Shown here: positions 21,210 to 31,148 of the stretch, piece by piece
Numbering within the stretch: the first letter of the stretch is position 1
How the letters are laid out: every line of letters starts with the position of its first letter
NCBI GenBank assembly: GCA_046290225.1
Contig: JBKAGE010000038.1
Location: forward strand, 32,001-96,000
DNA length: 64,000 bases
DNA from: Bradymonadia bacterium
GTDB taxonomy: Bacteria; Myxococcota_A; Bradymonadia; UBA7976; UBA1532
Direction: 5' to 3'
The notes under the pieces: model-generated
The model's input: the letters and a program-made list of their open reading frames with translations, nothing else
Told to the model about the DNA's origin: nothing
The model's database searches: none
Made by a program: the position numbers and the translations under genes

Positions 21210-22244
21210 ATGGCGCGTACAGTTGATCTCAGGGAGGTCGTCGCTCGACGATCTCGCGACATCGCCCAGGCGGCTCAGCGACGCGCGCGCGAGCCCCAAA
21301 CGACCCCCCTCGATCCGCCCACGCCGGAGCCTGCCCCTGAGTGGCTACGCCGCGTGGCCCGCTGGCTGCCTGATCCCGTGCGTACGACGCTCCGGGCAGC
21401 TCTGGCCGATGAGTCGGAGCAGAGGCGCCTCAACAACCTCATCGAGCGACTGGGGCAGGAGAAAGAGACGCTGCGCCGTCGTGCAGCCTCTCTCGACGCC
21501 GCTCAGTCCGATCTGGGCCTCGCCGAGCGCCGCCTGGAAGCCAGTCGTCGAGAGCTCAAAGCACATCAGAAAGAGGCCCTCGCCCGTCAGGCAGAGGCCG
21601 AGCGGGCCCTGGCTCGGGCCCGTCGGGCTGCCGACGCCGCCTCGGTCGAGCGTCGAGTCCCCCTCGACGCCATCCTCTGGAGCCCAGAAGACGCCCCCCG
21701 GCCCATCCGCGCTGTGGGTCGCCTCGCAGCGAACATCCGCCGATTCGGTCAGCTGGCCCCCATCACCGTCTCTGCCGAGTCTGGTGTTGATCCCTTTGCC
21801 GAGGGCGGCAGCTTCACATTGATCACCGGCTACCGCCGTATGGCTGCTCTGGAGCAGCTCAAAGCCACTCATGTGGTGATCCGCGTGGTGCCCGAGATGG
21901 ATCCCGACGTGGGTCGGGCCCTCTACCTCGCAGAGAACTGCCTCGTCGACGGCCTCTCCGCCAACGCCGTGAGCCACCTGGGTGACCGCCTCGCCGATGT
22001 TCTTGAGGGCCCTGAGGCCGAGCGCTGGGCGGCGATCGTCGAACAGGTCCTCGCTGATGACGAGGCTGTGGTTGAAGATGTCTACCTGGAAGATATGGCT
22101 CAGGAAGCCCTGCATCACCTGGCCGAGGGTGCATCCTGGGTGGCAGAGCTGAGGCCGTACTGGGCTGATCTCGACGACGATCGAGCCCCCCTCGAAGCCC
22201 TCATCGAGTACTTCGCCCGGGTCTCCGCTCGGCTGACCTCATGA
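21210..22244 (+). CDS. ParB/Srx-domain protein with N-terminal coiled coil (PadC-like)
   Basis: LAANIRRFGQLAPITV, LITGYRRMAAL (GxRR motif), LAEN. No recognisable HTH. Confidence 0.75.
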   Translation: MARTVDLREVVARRSRDIAQAAQRRAREPQTTPLDPPTPEPAPEWLRRVARWLPDPVRTTLRAALADESEQRRLNNLIERLGQEKETLRRRAASLDAAQSDLGLAERRLEASRRELKAHQKEALARQAEAERALARARRAADAASVERRVPLDAILWSPEDAPRPIRAVGRLAANIRRFGQLAPITVSAESGVDPFAEGGSFTLITGYRRMAALEQLKATHVVIRVVPEMDPDVGRALYLAENCLVDGLSANAVSHLGDRLADVLEGPEAERWAAIVEQVLADDEAVVEDVYLEDMAQEALHHLAEGASWVAELRPYWADLDDDRAPLEALIEYFARVSARLTS

Positions 22245-23230
22245 GCGCCAGCCCCCTGCCCCTCGCTCAACGCGCCCGTATTCTGAGAGCTCTGAGGGCG
22301 CACTTCGACGCTCAGGGCTTCATCGAGATCGAAGCCCCGGTGCTGGTGGTCTCTCCAGGCATGGAGCCTCACCTCGACGCCTTCGAGGTGAAGCGCAGCC
22401 CCGAGCCTGATCGACGGTTCCTGCACACCAGCCCCGAGTACGCGCTCAAGCGTTTACTTGGCGAGGGCTATGATCGCATCTACAGCCTCGGCCCCTGTTT
22501 CAGAGACGAGCCCACGTCGTCGACCCACAGCCCCGAATTCACCATGTTGGAGTGGTATCAGAAGGGGCTCGACCTCGAGGGCTTGATGGCACAGACCGAG
22601 GCCGCCGTAGCCAGCGCTTGCCGGGCGATTCACGGTGGCACCGATTGTGTGTATCGGGGCCAGCAGCTGTCTCTGTCACCCCCCTTCGAGCGCATGTCGG
22701 TGCAGCAGGCCTTCAAGCGCTTCGCCCGCATCGATCCATGGCAGTACGCTCAGGCCGACACCTTGCGGATGGCCGCCCGGATGGCCGGCGTCGCCGTGCC
22801 CACCGACAGCGGGTCCTGGGACGACGTCTTCTTCCAGATCTTCCTCAACGCCGTAGAGCCTCGCCTGGGTCGAAGCAAGCCCACATTGCTGCACGGCTGG
22901 CCTGCGAGCCAGGCCGCTCTCGCCCGGCTGGATCCCTTTGATCCGCGTCGTGCCCTGAGGTTCGAGCTCTACGCGGGTGGCATCGAACTCGCCAACGCCT
23001 TCGACGAGCTGACAGATGCCGAAGAGCAGCGCAGCCGGTTCCAGAAAGAGCAGGTGGAGCGCAGCCAGATGGGCAAGACCGTGCTGCCCATCGACGAGCA
23101 GCTGCTCGAAGCCCTGCCCCGAATGGGCCCCACCTCGGGCATCGCCCTCGGTGTGGATCGACTGGTGATGTTGCTCCTCGACGCCCCTGACATCAGTCAT
23201 GTCCGGGCACAGCCCTGGCGCGGTTGGTGA
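22241..23230 (+). CDS. epmA: EF-P lysine aminoacylase EpmA (GenX/PoxA)
   Basis: LHTSPEYALKRLL, FRDE...HSPEFTMLEWY, RFELY..GIELANAFDELTD, GIALGVDRL. No anticodon-binding domain. Confidence 0.95.
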   Translation: MSASPLPLAQRARILRALRAHFDAQGFIEIEAPVLVVSPGMEPHLDAFEVKRSPEPDRRFLHTSPEYALKRLLGEGYDRIYSLGPCFRDEPTSSTHSPEFTMLEWYQKGLDLEGLMAQTEAAVASACRAIHGGTDCVYRGQQLSLSPPFERMSVQQAFKRFARIDPWQYAQADTLRMAARMAGVAVPTDSGSWDDVFFQIFLNAVEPRLGRSKPTLLHGWPASQAALARLDPFDPRRALRFELYAGGIELANAFDELTDAEEQRSRFQKEQVERSQMGKTVLPIDEQLLEALPRMGPTSGIALGVDRLVMLLLDAPDISHVRAQPWRGW

Positions 23231-23964
23231 TGATCCCTGATCGCGGCCTGCTCTGGCTGTCTGCATGCGACAGCACCAACGACGAGGCCTGGGATCGGGT
23301 CAATGATCCTGCAGTGCAGGCCGTGGCCACTGATCAGCAACACCGCGGCCGGGGCCGACGAGGGCGCAGCTGGCACTCTCCTCCAGGCATGGGTCTCTAC
23401 CTCAGCTGGATCGCACGCCCCACCCTGCCGCCCGAGCTCGGTGGCTGGCTCCCGCTCATGGCAGCGGTGGCCGCAGCGCGCGTATGTGAGCATCATGGCA
23501 TCACACCACAACTCAAGTGGCCCAATGATCTGCTGCTCGACGGGGGCAAGCTCGCTGGCATCCTGTGCGAGGCCCGGGCTCAGGGCGCTCGCTGGCAGGC
23601 AGTGGTTGGCATTGGACTCAACCTGCGCACGCCCGAAGGTGGGTTCCCCGAAGGCGTCCCTGGCACCGCCCTCGATCTGCCCTCGGAGATCTCACCGCGA
23701 GAGATCGCCCGTCAAATGGTGGAATCTCTCAACGCTGGCCTTCGGGAGATGGAAGCGCGGCCAAGTGACTTGACGGCCTTGGCCCAGGCATGGGAAGCCC
23801 GAAGTCTCCCCCACGGCACACCACTGCGTCGAGGTGAATGGGTGGGCACCTTCGAAGGGCTCGCCCCTGACGGCAGCTTGAAGCTGAAGCGCCCCGACGG
23901 CACCGTCGAGGTGATCCGCACCGGCGAAGTGGAGCTGATTCAGTGGGGACCCACTGCGCCCTGA
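23230..23964 (+). CDS. birA: Biotin-[acetyl-CoA carboxylase] ligase without an HTH domain
   Basis: STN, QHRGRGRRGRSW, LKWPND, KLAGILCE, VGIGLN. Confidence 0.93.
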   Translation: MIPDRGLLWLSACDSTNDEAWDRVNDPAVQAVATDQQHRGRGRRGRSWHSPPGMGLYLSWIARPTLPPELGGWLPLMAAVAAARVCEHHGITPQLKWPNDLLLDGGKLAGILCEARAQGARWQAVVGIGLNLRTPEGGFPEGVPGTALDLPSEISPREIARQMVESLNAGLREMEARPSDLTALAQAWEARSLPHGTPLRRGEWVGTFEGLAPDGSLKLKRPDGTVEVIRTGEVELIQWGPTAP

Positions 23965-23971
23965 GGCTCAT

Positions 23972-24751
23972 GTGCTCTTCGCTCTCGACATCGGTAACGA
24001 TCTGACCACCCTCGGCCTCTACGACGGCCAGCACCTGCGCGCTCGATGGCAGATCACGACACCAGAAGACCAGAGTGCCGACGAGATCGCCCTCAAGCTC
24101 AGCGGGCTGTTGCAGATGAAGGGCTTCAGCGCCGAGCAGATCACCGACGCCATCATTGGCAGCGTCGTGCCTCCACTCACCGAGCGATGCGCCACCACCC
24201 TCGAGGATCATTTCGGCGTGAAGCCGAAGGTGGTGGGCCCGGGTCTCAAAACGGGCATGGCCATCAAGTACGAAGATCCCCGGGCGGTGGGTGCAGATCG
24301 CATCGCCAACGCCATCGCAGCACGTGCGCAACACCCCGAGGGCGGGCTTCTGCTCGTCGCCCTGGGCACAGCCACCACCCTCGACGTCGTCAGCCCGAAG
24401 GGCGCCTACCTCGGCGGGGCGATCTGCCCCGGGCTCGCCCTTACGGCAGAAGCACTCTTCAGCCGCGGGGCCCGACTGCCGAGGGTGGAGATCAAGCCCC
24501 CAGCGCAGGTGGTGGGTCGCAATACCATCACCAGCCTGCAGTCGGGTTTACTCTATGGCCATGTCAGCATGGTCGACGGCCTCGGCGATCGTATGCTCGA
24601 GGCGCTGGACTTCGAGTGTACGGTCATCGCCACGGGCCCATTGGCTTCGACCCTCGCGCCTATGAGTAAATTGATTCAACACGTGGCGCCGCAGCTCACC
24701 CTCGACGGGCTCATGTTGCTGTACCACCGCAACCGCCGCAGCGGCCGCTGA
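23972..24751 (+). CDS. coaX: Type III pantothenate kinase
   Basis: LDIGN, GADR, LGTATT, GGAICPG, LQSG, IATG, LTLDGL. Confidence 0.9.
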   Translation: MLFALDIGNDLTTLGLYDGQHLRARWQITTPEDQSADEIALKLSGLLQMKGFSAEQITDAIIGSVVPPLTERCATTLEDHFGVKPKVVGPGLKTGMAIKYEDPRAVGADRIANAIAARAQHPEGGLLLVALGTATTLDVVSPKGAYLGGAICPGLALTAEALFSRGARLPRVEIKPPAQVVGRNTITSLQSGLLYGHVSMVDGLGDRMLEALDFECTVIATGPLASTLAPMSKLIQHVAPQLTLDGLMLLYHRNRRSGR

Positions 24752-24767
24752 GCGGCCAGGAGCTCAC

Positions 24768-25892
24768 ATGTCTCAGCACGTGATCCAGTTGCCTGAGCAG
24801 GCTCTCCTCCCCGAGCCCGCCCTCACGGATGAGATCAAACGTTTTGCAGGGGCCAACGCCCCAGGGCCTGCCCGCATGATGGCGGCAAAGGGCCTCGCCC
24901 CTCTGGGCCCGTGGGCTCAGCTGATCGCGCTCCATCAGTTCGTACACGGCGACGATGCTCAGCTGGCAGAGGCCGCGAGCAAGACCATGGGCAGCCTGCC
25001 CGACACCCTGGTCGTCGGTGGCCTTGCCACGCCCCTGCCGCCCGTCGTCCTCGACACCCTGGCCCGGCGCAAGCTCACCAACGTCGAGCTCATGACGCGT
25101 CTGCTCCTCAACCCCAACCTCGCCGACGACACGGCGACCTATGTGGCAGGCAAGGGCAACGAGCGCCTGACCGAGCTCGTGGCACAGAACCAGGCCCGTC
25201 TGCTCCGGAGCCCCGCCATCATCGAGGCGCTCTACTACAACCCGCAAACCCGCATGTCGACGGTGGATCGTGTGGTGGACTTCGCCGCCCGCAACGGGGT
25301 GAACCTCGATCACCTGCCGGGCTTCAAAGAGGTCCTTGCAGCGGTGAAGGAGCTCGCAGCCCCCACCGAAGAGGACATCGCAGCGGCAGAGGCTGTGGAC
25401 GAGATCCTGAACAGCCCAAGCGAGCTGCCCCCCTCGACTCAGAGCCACGAGCCTCAGTCGGCGACCCCACCACCCGAGGTGGGCCACTCCAAGAACCTCG
25501 CGGCTCAGATCCAGGAGATGTCGGTCCCTCACAAGGTGAGGCTGGCCCTCCTGGGCAACCAGTCGGCTCGGGCCATCCTGATTCAGGACACGAACAAGGT
25601 GGTCTGCCGAGCGGCCATCCGCAGCCCCCGCCTCAGCGAAAAGGAGGTGGTGTCGTTCTGCAAAATGCGCTCACTGGATGGTGAGATCATCAGCCACATC
25701 GCGAATCACCGGGAGTGGACCCGCAAGTACCAGGTGAAGTTCCTACTGGTACAACACCCCAAAACACCACTGGCGGTGTCGATGACGTTCCTCAAGACGC
25801 TGCGCAAGAATGATCTGCGCACGCTGGCCCGCAGCAAGAGCATCCCGCAGGCGGTGGCGAGAGCGGCGAAGCGCCTCAGCTCACAAAACTGA
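24768..25892 (+). CDS. Conserved hypothetical helical-repeat protein
   Basis: Long ORF with host-like codon usage. The C-terminal block LIQDTNKVVCRAAIRSP...REWTRKYQVK..LVQHPKTP is of a type I associate with deltaproteobacterial hypotheticals. Confidence 0.75.
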   Translation: MSQHVIQLPEQALLPEPALTDEIKRFAGANAPGPARMMAAKGLAPLGPWAQLIALHQFVHGDDAQLAEAASKTMGSLPDTLVVGGLATPLPPVVLDTLARRKLTNVELMTRLLLNPNLADDTATYVAGKGNERLTELVAQNQARLLRSPAIIEALYYNPQTRMSTVDRVVDFAARNGVNLDHLPGFKEVLAAVKELAAPTEEDIAAAEAVDEILNSPSELPPSTQSHEPQSATPPPEVGHSKNLAAQIQEMSVPHKVRLALLGNQSARAILIQDTNKVVCRAAIRSPRLSEKEVVSFCKMRSLDGEIISHIANHREWTRKYQVKFLLVQHPKTPLAVSMTFLKTLRKNDLRTLARSKSIPQAVARAAKRLSSQN

Positions 25893-25951
25893 GCGGACGA
25901 CCGCGCTGCGCGCCGTCCGCTCTGATTCTGTAATTGGTGCTGAAGCACCAA

Positions 25952-26719
25952 TTACAGAATCAGGCCGCCGTCGATCTCGAGCACGCGGCCCGTGAAGTAA
26001 CCGTTCTCGAAGATGAACCGCACACCCGCGAAGATCTCCTCAGGCTCACCGAGGCGCTTCATCGGCACACCCTGCAGCACCCGCTCCAGGGCCGCCGGGG
26101 GCATCCCCTCGAGGATGGGGGTGCGGACGAAGCCCGGGGCGATGGCGCCGAAGCGCATGCCGTAGCGGACCAGCTCCTTCGACCACAGCACCGTGTCGGC
26201 CACGAGGCCCGCCTTGGCGGCGGAGTAGTTGCTCTGGCCGCGGTTACCGGCGCGGGAGATCGAGGAGATGTTCACCACCACCGAGTCGTCGATGCCGGCC
26301 TCGATCACGCGGGCGGCGAACTCACGGGTGCAGAGGAAGGGGCCGGTGAGGTTCACGTCGATGACCTGCTGCCACTTCTTGAGCGACATGGTCTTGATCT
26401 CGCCGGTGTTCTTGTCCTTCTTCACCAGAAGGCCGTCGCGGATGATGCCCGCGTTGTTCACCAGACCATTGATGCCGCCGAAGGCCGCGAAGGCCGCGTC
26501 CATCATGCCCTGCACCGAAGCCTCGTCGGCCACGTTGCACTCGAAGGCCTTGATCTCGCCGGGGAGGCCCTCGGCCTCGGTGACCAGCGTGGCCAGCTCT
26601 TCGGTGTTGAGATCGCACGCGGCGACCTTGGCCCCCTCGCGGGCAAAACTCAGGGCGAAGTAACGGCCCATGCCGCTGGCAGCGCCAGTGACCACAACCT
26701 TGGCGTCGGTGAGCTTCAT
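25952..26719 (-). CDS. SDR oxidoreductase (3-oxoacyl-ACP/acetoacetyl-CoA reductase-like)
   Basis: TGAASGMG, NNAGIIRDG, NISS, YSAAK, IDGG. ATG at 26719. Confidence 0.93.
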   Translation of the reverse strand: MKLTDAKVVVTGAASGMGRYFALSFAREGAKVAACDLNTEELATLVTEAEGLPGEIKAFECNVADEASVQGMMDAAFAAFGGINGLVNNAGIIRDGLLVKKDKNTGEIKTMSLKKWQQVIDVNLTGPFLCTREFAARVIEAGIDDSVVVNISSISRAGNRGQSNYSAAKAGLVADTVLWSKELVRYGMRFGAIAPGFVRTPILEGMPPAALERVLQGVPMKRLGEPEEIFAGVRFIFENGYFTGRVLEIDGGLIL

Positions 26720-26787
26720 TTGGCTTCCTCTCTGGTGAAGCGAGTCATGTGAAGAGAGAGGCTGAACAGGCCGGGGCATGCCGCCTC

Positions 26788-26830
26788 TTGCTGCATCGCA
26801 GCAATATGCAGAGATTGTGATGGCGATGCA
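26788..26830. promoter_or_regulatory. Palindromic operator candidate upstream of the SDR gene (PhaR-like TGC-N3-GCA)
   Basis: TTGCTGC-ATC-GCAGCAA at 26788-26804, plus an inverted copy of TGCATCGC at 26823-26830. Confidence 0.45.
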
Positions 26831-26877
26831 ACGCGTTCAGTCGCTGGTGCACCGCAAGAAAAGTGGAAGAGTCGGCC

Positions 26878-27927
26878 TCAGTTCGGTGCCGACTTCTTCT
26901 TGCCCTTCTTCTTACGCTTCGCCCGGCGGGCGGCGATCTTGTCTTTCCAGGCCTGGGGCGTCAGATCGAAGAACGAGAGCCCCTCCTCTTTCGACTTGGT
27001 GCGGGCGTTGAGCATGCGGCCCAGGCTCTTCATCTTGCTGTTGGCCAGCCAGTCCTGGAAGTTCGGCCCCGACTGCCAGTTGTAGTGGTAGTGCCCGTCG
27101 GCGTAGCCGTAGACGCTCCAGCCCAGGGTGTGCAGTGCAGTGGACTTCTCGTCGAAGGGCAGCGCCCCGATGTTCTCTTTGAAGCTCTGCTTGTAGTCGA
27201 AGTACTGCTCAGCGTTGGACATGTAGAGCGTGCGCACCTTCAGGCCCGCCTTCTCTGCCGCGGCGCCGATGGCCTTCAGCGTGCCCGGACCCGTCAGATC
27301 GCCCCGGACCGCGAAGACGCGGTTCTTGGCGTAGAGATCGCGGATGTAGTCGTACTGCGCCTGATCGGTGAGGAAGATGGAGATGTTGCGCTTCGTGTAG
27401 CGCTTCTTGCTGCCCTTGAGGCGGCGGATCACCACGTGCTGCGCCGTCTTGAAGGCCTTGAGCACATCTTTCAGGCGCTCACCCTCATAGGCCTCCTTGA
27501 TGAGACCGACGACCTCTTCCTTCTTGTCCTTCTGCCACCACGCGATGAAGTCCTCTGGCGTCTCTGCCTTGGCGAAGATCAGACGGTACACGTCGTGGAT
27601 ACGGGGGATCATGTGATCGAAGTCCATGAGGACCAGGATCTCCGGCTTGGACCAGGCCGCCAGCAGGTAGTTCTGATCAGTGCCCACCCCCACATAGACC
27701 CCGCCCGTGTCGCTGATGCGCTCTTGGAACAGATCGTGGCGATACTCGTTCGAGATCCAGTAGTGGGTGCTGCGGGTGATGTTCTTGGGCCGCGGATCCG
27801 CAGGGATCGACTCGAAGGTCTGCACCAGCTCTTGGGGCAGCGGATCGAGGGCGAGGGCTTCCGTGGCCAGCAGAGCGCTCAGGGCCAGGGTGCCCAGGAG
27901 GGCGTGCATCAGGGGTCGACGAATCAT
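26878..27927 (-). CDS. Exported hypothetical protein, possibly methyltransferase-like fold
   Basis: Signal peptide; SNE, GGVYVGVGTDQNY, RGDLTG, LYMSNAEQY; Lys-rich C-terminal tail. Confidence 0.75.
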   Translation of the reverse strand: MIRRPLMHALLGTLALSALLATEALALDPLPQELVQTFESIPADPRPKNITRSTHYWISNEYRHDLFQERISDTGGVYVGVGTDQNYLLAAWSKPEILVLMDFDHMIPRIHDVYRLIFAKAETPEDFIAWWQKDKKEEVVGLIKEAYEGERLKDVLKAFKTAQHVVIRRLKGSKKRYTKRNISIFLTDQAQYDYIRDLYAKNRVFAVRGDLTGPGTLKAIGAAAEKAGLKVRTLYMSNAEQYFDYKQSFKENIGALPFDEKSTALHTLGWSVYGYADGHYHYNWQSGPNFQDWLANSKMKSLGRMLNARTKSKEEGLSFFDLTPQAWKDKIAARRAKRKKKGKKKSAPN

Positions 27928-28013
27928 GGGCGATCCTTATCAGTGGCCGTTCTGGCCACCCTCGAGCGCGGGTGTGCCGCGGCGTCCTCGCCGCGGCGAT
28001 ACTGCCTCGGCGC

Positions 28014-30128
28014 TCAGTAAGCGGCCAGAGCCTCCAGGGCGGCGACGACGTCGGGCACCTGGGGCAGAGTGGCGTCTTCCAGGTTGGGGTGATACCCCAC
28101 GAAGGCATCCTTCGCCGCCACCCGACGGACCGGAGCGTCCAACCATTCGAAAAGCTCGTCGGCAATGCGCGCACAAATCTCGGCGCCATAGCCCCAGGCC
28201 ATCGTCTCCTCGTGCACCATGGCCACCTTGCCGGTGCGCTTCACCGAGGCGGCGATGGTCTCCCAGTCGTAGGGCGCGAGGCTGCGCAGATCGTAAAGAT
28301 CGACGTTGATCCCCTTCTTGGCGAGCAGCTTCGCCGCCTGCGTGCTGCGGTGCACCAGGGCGCCGTAGGTGATCAAGGTGACGTCGTCGCCGGCCATGAC
28401 CTGACGGGCCTTGCCGAAAGGCACCATGTACTCGGCGCCGGGGTAGGCGCTCTTGTTGTAGGTCTGCCGGTACAGGTGCTTGGGCTCGAGGAACAGCACC
28501 GGATCGTCACAGCGGATCGCTGTGCGCAGCAGCCCTGCGGCGTCGAGGGCCGTCGAGGGCATCACCACCCGCAGACCGGGCACGTGGGTGAAGAGGGTCT
28601 CGGCGCTCTGACTGTGATAGGGGGCGCCGCCCTTGAGGTAGCCGCCACTGGGTACGCGGATGACCACCGGCGTGGACCAGCTGTTGTGGCTGCGCCAGCG
28701 GAAGGTGGCCAGCTCGTTCCGGATCTGCTGGTAAGCAGGCCAGATGTAGTCGAGGAACTGGATCTCCACCACAGGGCGCATGCCCCGAGCGGCCATGCCG
28801 ATGGCCCGGCCGATGATGTTGGCCTCGGCGAGGGGGCTGTTGAACACCCGGTTGGGACCAAAGCGCCGCTGCAGGCCCGCGGTGACCTTGAAGACCCCAC
28901 CCTTGCCCTTGCACTCGTCGAGGACCTCTTCCCGGGTGGCGTCGGCGACGTCTTCCCCGAAGAGGACGATGCGGGGATCGCGCTCCATCTCGTCGCGCAT
29001 GCAGCTGTTGAGCAGATCCACCATGGTGGTGGGCGTGCCCTCGAGCTGGGGCTCGGTGTCGAACTCGGCGCTCGTGGGATCGACGTCGGGGCTGTAGATG
29101 AACTGGTCCCAGTCACTCTCCCCTTCAGGCACAGGGGCCTTGAGAGAAGCTTCGGCAGCAGCATCCACCTCGGCGTCCACCTCGGCCTTCAGGGCGTCGA
29201 GGCCCGCGGCATCGAGATGGCCAGCATCCACGAGGTACTGAGCAAAAGCGTTCACCGGATCCCGCTCGGCATCCACGGCCCGCTCCGTCTCGGGGCGGTA
29301 CATGCGCTCGTCGTCGCTCATGGAGTGGCTGTAGGGGCGAACCACGTGGGCGTGGACCAGGGCAGGCCCCTTCCGGGCCCGGCACCAGGCCACGGCCTCG
29401 CTCATGGTGGCGTAGCTGGCCACCGGATCACAGCCGTCCACCTCGCGGATGAGCATATCGGGGAACCCGGCGAGCAGCTTGCTGATCGAGCCGCCAGCGG
29501 TCTGCGCCTCCACGGGGGTGCTGATGGCGTAGCCGTTGTCCTCCACGAGGAAGATGACCGGCAGCTGGCGCAAGCACGCGCTGTTGAGGGCTTCCCAGAA
29601 CTCACCCTGGCTGGTGGTGCCTTCGCCGGTGGTCACCAGCACCACCTCGCCCTCAGTGTGGCGCACGGCGTCAGCCACGGCGTCGATGCGCTCGGCGATC
29701 CAGCCCGCCTCGGCGGCGCCCACGGCATGTAGGAACTGGGTGCCCACGCAACTCGACTTGTTGATGACGTTGAGCTTGGCGTGGCTCCAGTGGCAGGGCA
29801 TCTGGCGACCGCCGCTGTTGGGATCTTCTGTGGAGCCCACGGCGGCGAGCAGGATCTCCTCGGCGGTCATGCCGAGCTGCAGCATCAGCGCGCGATCGCG
29901 GTAGTAGCTGATGACATAGTCGGTGCCCGGCGTCAGGGCCAGGCCCGCTGCGGTGAGGATGCCCTCGTGGCCAGCGCCGCTGATCTGGAAGTAGATGCGG
30001 TTCTGCCGCTTGAAGGCGATCTCCCGATCGTCCAGCCGCCGCGACAGGTAGATGTTGCGGTAGATGGCGACAAGCTGCTCCGGCGACAGGCCGGCGTCGG
30101 GGGCGGTCTCAAGGCGCTGCACAACCAT
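28014..30128 (-). CDS. 2-oxoacid dehydrogenase E1, fused alpha/beta subunits (branched-chain type)
   Basis: SGAGHE, GRQMPCH, TPP motif GEG...[27 protein letters not shown]. Confidence 0.95.
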   Translation of the reverse strand: MVVQRLETAPDAGLSPEQLVAIYRNIYLSRRLDDREIAFKRQNRIYFQISGAGHEGILTAAGLALTPGTDYVISYYRDRALMLQLGMTAEEILLAAVGSTEDPNSGGRQMPCHWSHAKLNVINKSSCVGTQFLHAVGAAEAGWIAERIDAVADAVRHTEGEVVLVTTGEGTTSQGEFWEALNSACLRQLPVIFLVEDNGYAISTPVEAQTAGGSISKLLAGFPDMLIREVDGCDPVASYATMSEAVAWCRARKGPALVHAHVVRPYSHSMSDDERMYRPETERAVDAERDPVNAFAQYLVDAGHLDAAGLDALKAEVDAEVDAAAEASLKAPVPEGESDWDQFIYSPDVDPTSAEFDTEPQLEGTPTTMVDLLNSCMRDEMERDPRIVLFGEDVADATREEVLDECKGKGGVFKVTAGLQRRFGPNRVFNSPLAEANIIGRAIGMAARGMRPVVEIQFLDYIWPAYQQIRNELATFRWRSHNSWSTPVVIRVPSGGYLKGGAPYHSQSAETLFTHVPGLRVVMPSTALDAAGLLRTAIRCDDPVLFLEPKHLYRQTYNKSAYPGAEYMVPFGKARQVMAGDDVTLITYGALVHRSTQAAKLLAKKGINVDLYDLRSLAPYDWETIAASVKRTGKVAMVHEETMAWGYGAEICARIADELFEWLDAPVRRVAAKDAFVGYHPNLEDATLPQVPDVVAALEALAAY

Positions 30129-30244
30129 GATCTTCCCGTGGGGCTGGTGGTGAAGAGAGCGGGGTTCGATGACGCACGCTTTTTATCCGATGCGCACCGA
30201 TCAATAAAGCGCTTATCGCCCCGGCGCCGAGGGGCAGACCTCAG

Positions 30245-30303
30245 ATCCTGACAAAGGCCTTACAGGGGGCCTTACAACGAGACTGACAACAGGCCCTACA
30301 GCG
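30245..30303. repeat. Degenerate tandem repeat of about 12 nt, 5 units, core CYKACA
   Basis: ATCCTGACAAA / GGCCTTACAGGG / GGCCTTACAACG / AGACTGACAACA / GGCCCTACAGCG. Confidence 0.6.
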
Positions 30304-31024
30304 GAGGCGGCAACTTGTAGGGATCGTACTCCAGCGGCGTGGCGTGTCCCTGAGGAATCGCAAAGTCGAATCCGATGCGCATCGTCGCCATGAGGGCCGT
30401 TGAGCGGAACCCGCCGATGTCGATGCTCTCCACGCCCAGGCGCCCGATGCTCTCCACGAAGAAGTACGGGTCGGCATACCAGAGCGTACCCACCCCAGTC
30501 TCCACCCCCACGGCCCACCGCGTGCCCAGGGGGGGCTCCTCTTCACCGTCGATCCACAGCAACCCGCCTTCGATGAAGATCCCGCCGGCGAGGAAGAAGA
30601 ACTTCTCGTTGATGCCACGGGCTTGGAGCGCCAGCCCGCCCTTGGCCTCGACGAAGGTGGTGTCGCGATCGTCGACGAACTGCAGCCCGGAACGGCCGAG
30701 CCCACCATAGACGTGCAGGTTGAATTGCCCCCACGGGTCGAAGAACTGACGCCAGCCCAGCTGAGCAGAGACAGTGTTCGAGGGGAGCGTGGGCAAAGGG
30801 CCCGAGATGAGGGCGGCGCTGTCGAGCCGACTCGACAGCTCGAGGGTGAATGTCGGGGCGCCGATCAGCTCCGGCACGGCCCAGTACATCGCGTTGCCGG
30901 AGTTGGACGTAGCGCCGATGGCGTCGCCTTCCCCGCCGGAGATCTGGGCCCTCGCCTCACCCGCCCCGCCGACCATGGCCCAGAGCGCCAGACACATGGT
31001 CGTGCTCGTGATGCGCAGGCCCAC
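30296..31024 (-). CDS. Exported hypothetical protein, probable outer-membrane beta-barrel
   Basis: Signal peptide ending ARA; alternating amphipathic strands rich in Gly and aromatic residues. Confidence 0.65.
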   Translation of the reverse strand: MGLRITSTTMCLALWAMVGGAGEARAQISGGEGDAIGATSNSGNAMYWAVPELIGAPTFTLELSSRLDSAALISGPLPTLPSNTVSAQLGWRQFFDPWGQFNLHVYGGLGRSGLQFVDDRDTTFVEAKGGLALQARGINEKFFFLAGGIFIEGGLLWIDGEEEPPLGTRWAVGVETGVGTLWYADPYFFVESIGRLGVESIDIGGFRSTALMATMRIGFDFAIPQGHATPLEYDPYKLPPPL

Positions 31025-31148
31025 TCGAATCCTCCTCAGCGACTCGCCGTGGCTCTTCTATGTCTTCAGGTGTCGTGTGGTCAACGCTGATGCGCGGGCA
31101 AGACGCCCATGAGGCAGGCGCGGGGTTGGGGTGTGGGCGGCAGACGGT

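Noticed and set aside
30245..30303. Possible mini-CRISPR
   Set aside because: The units are about 12 nt with no spacers, and there are no cas genes in the window.
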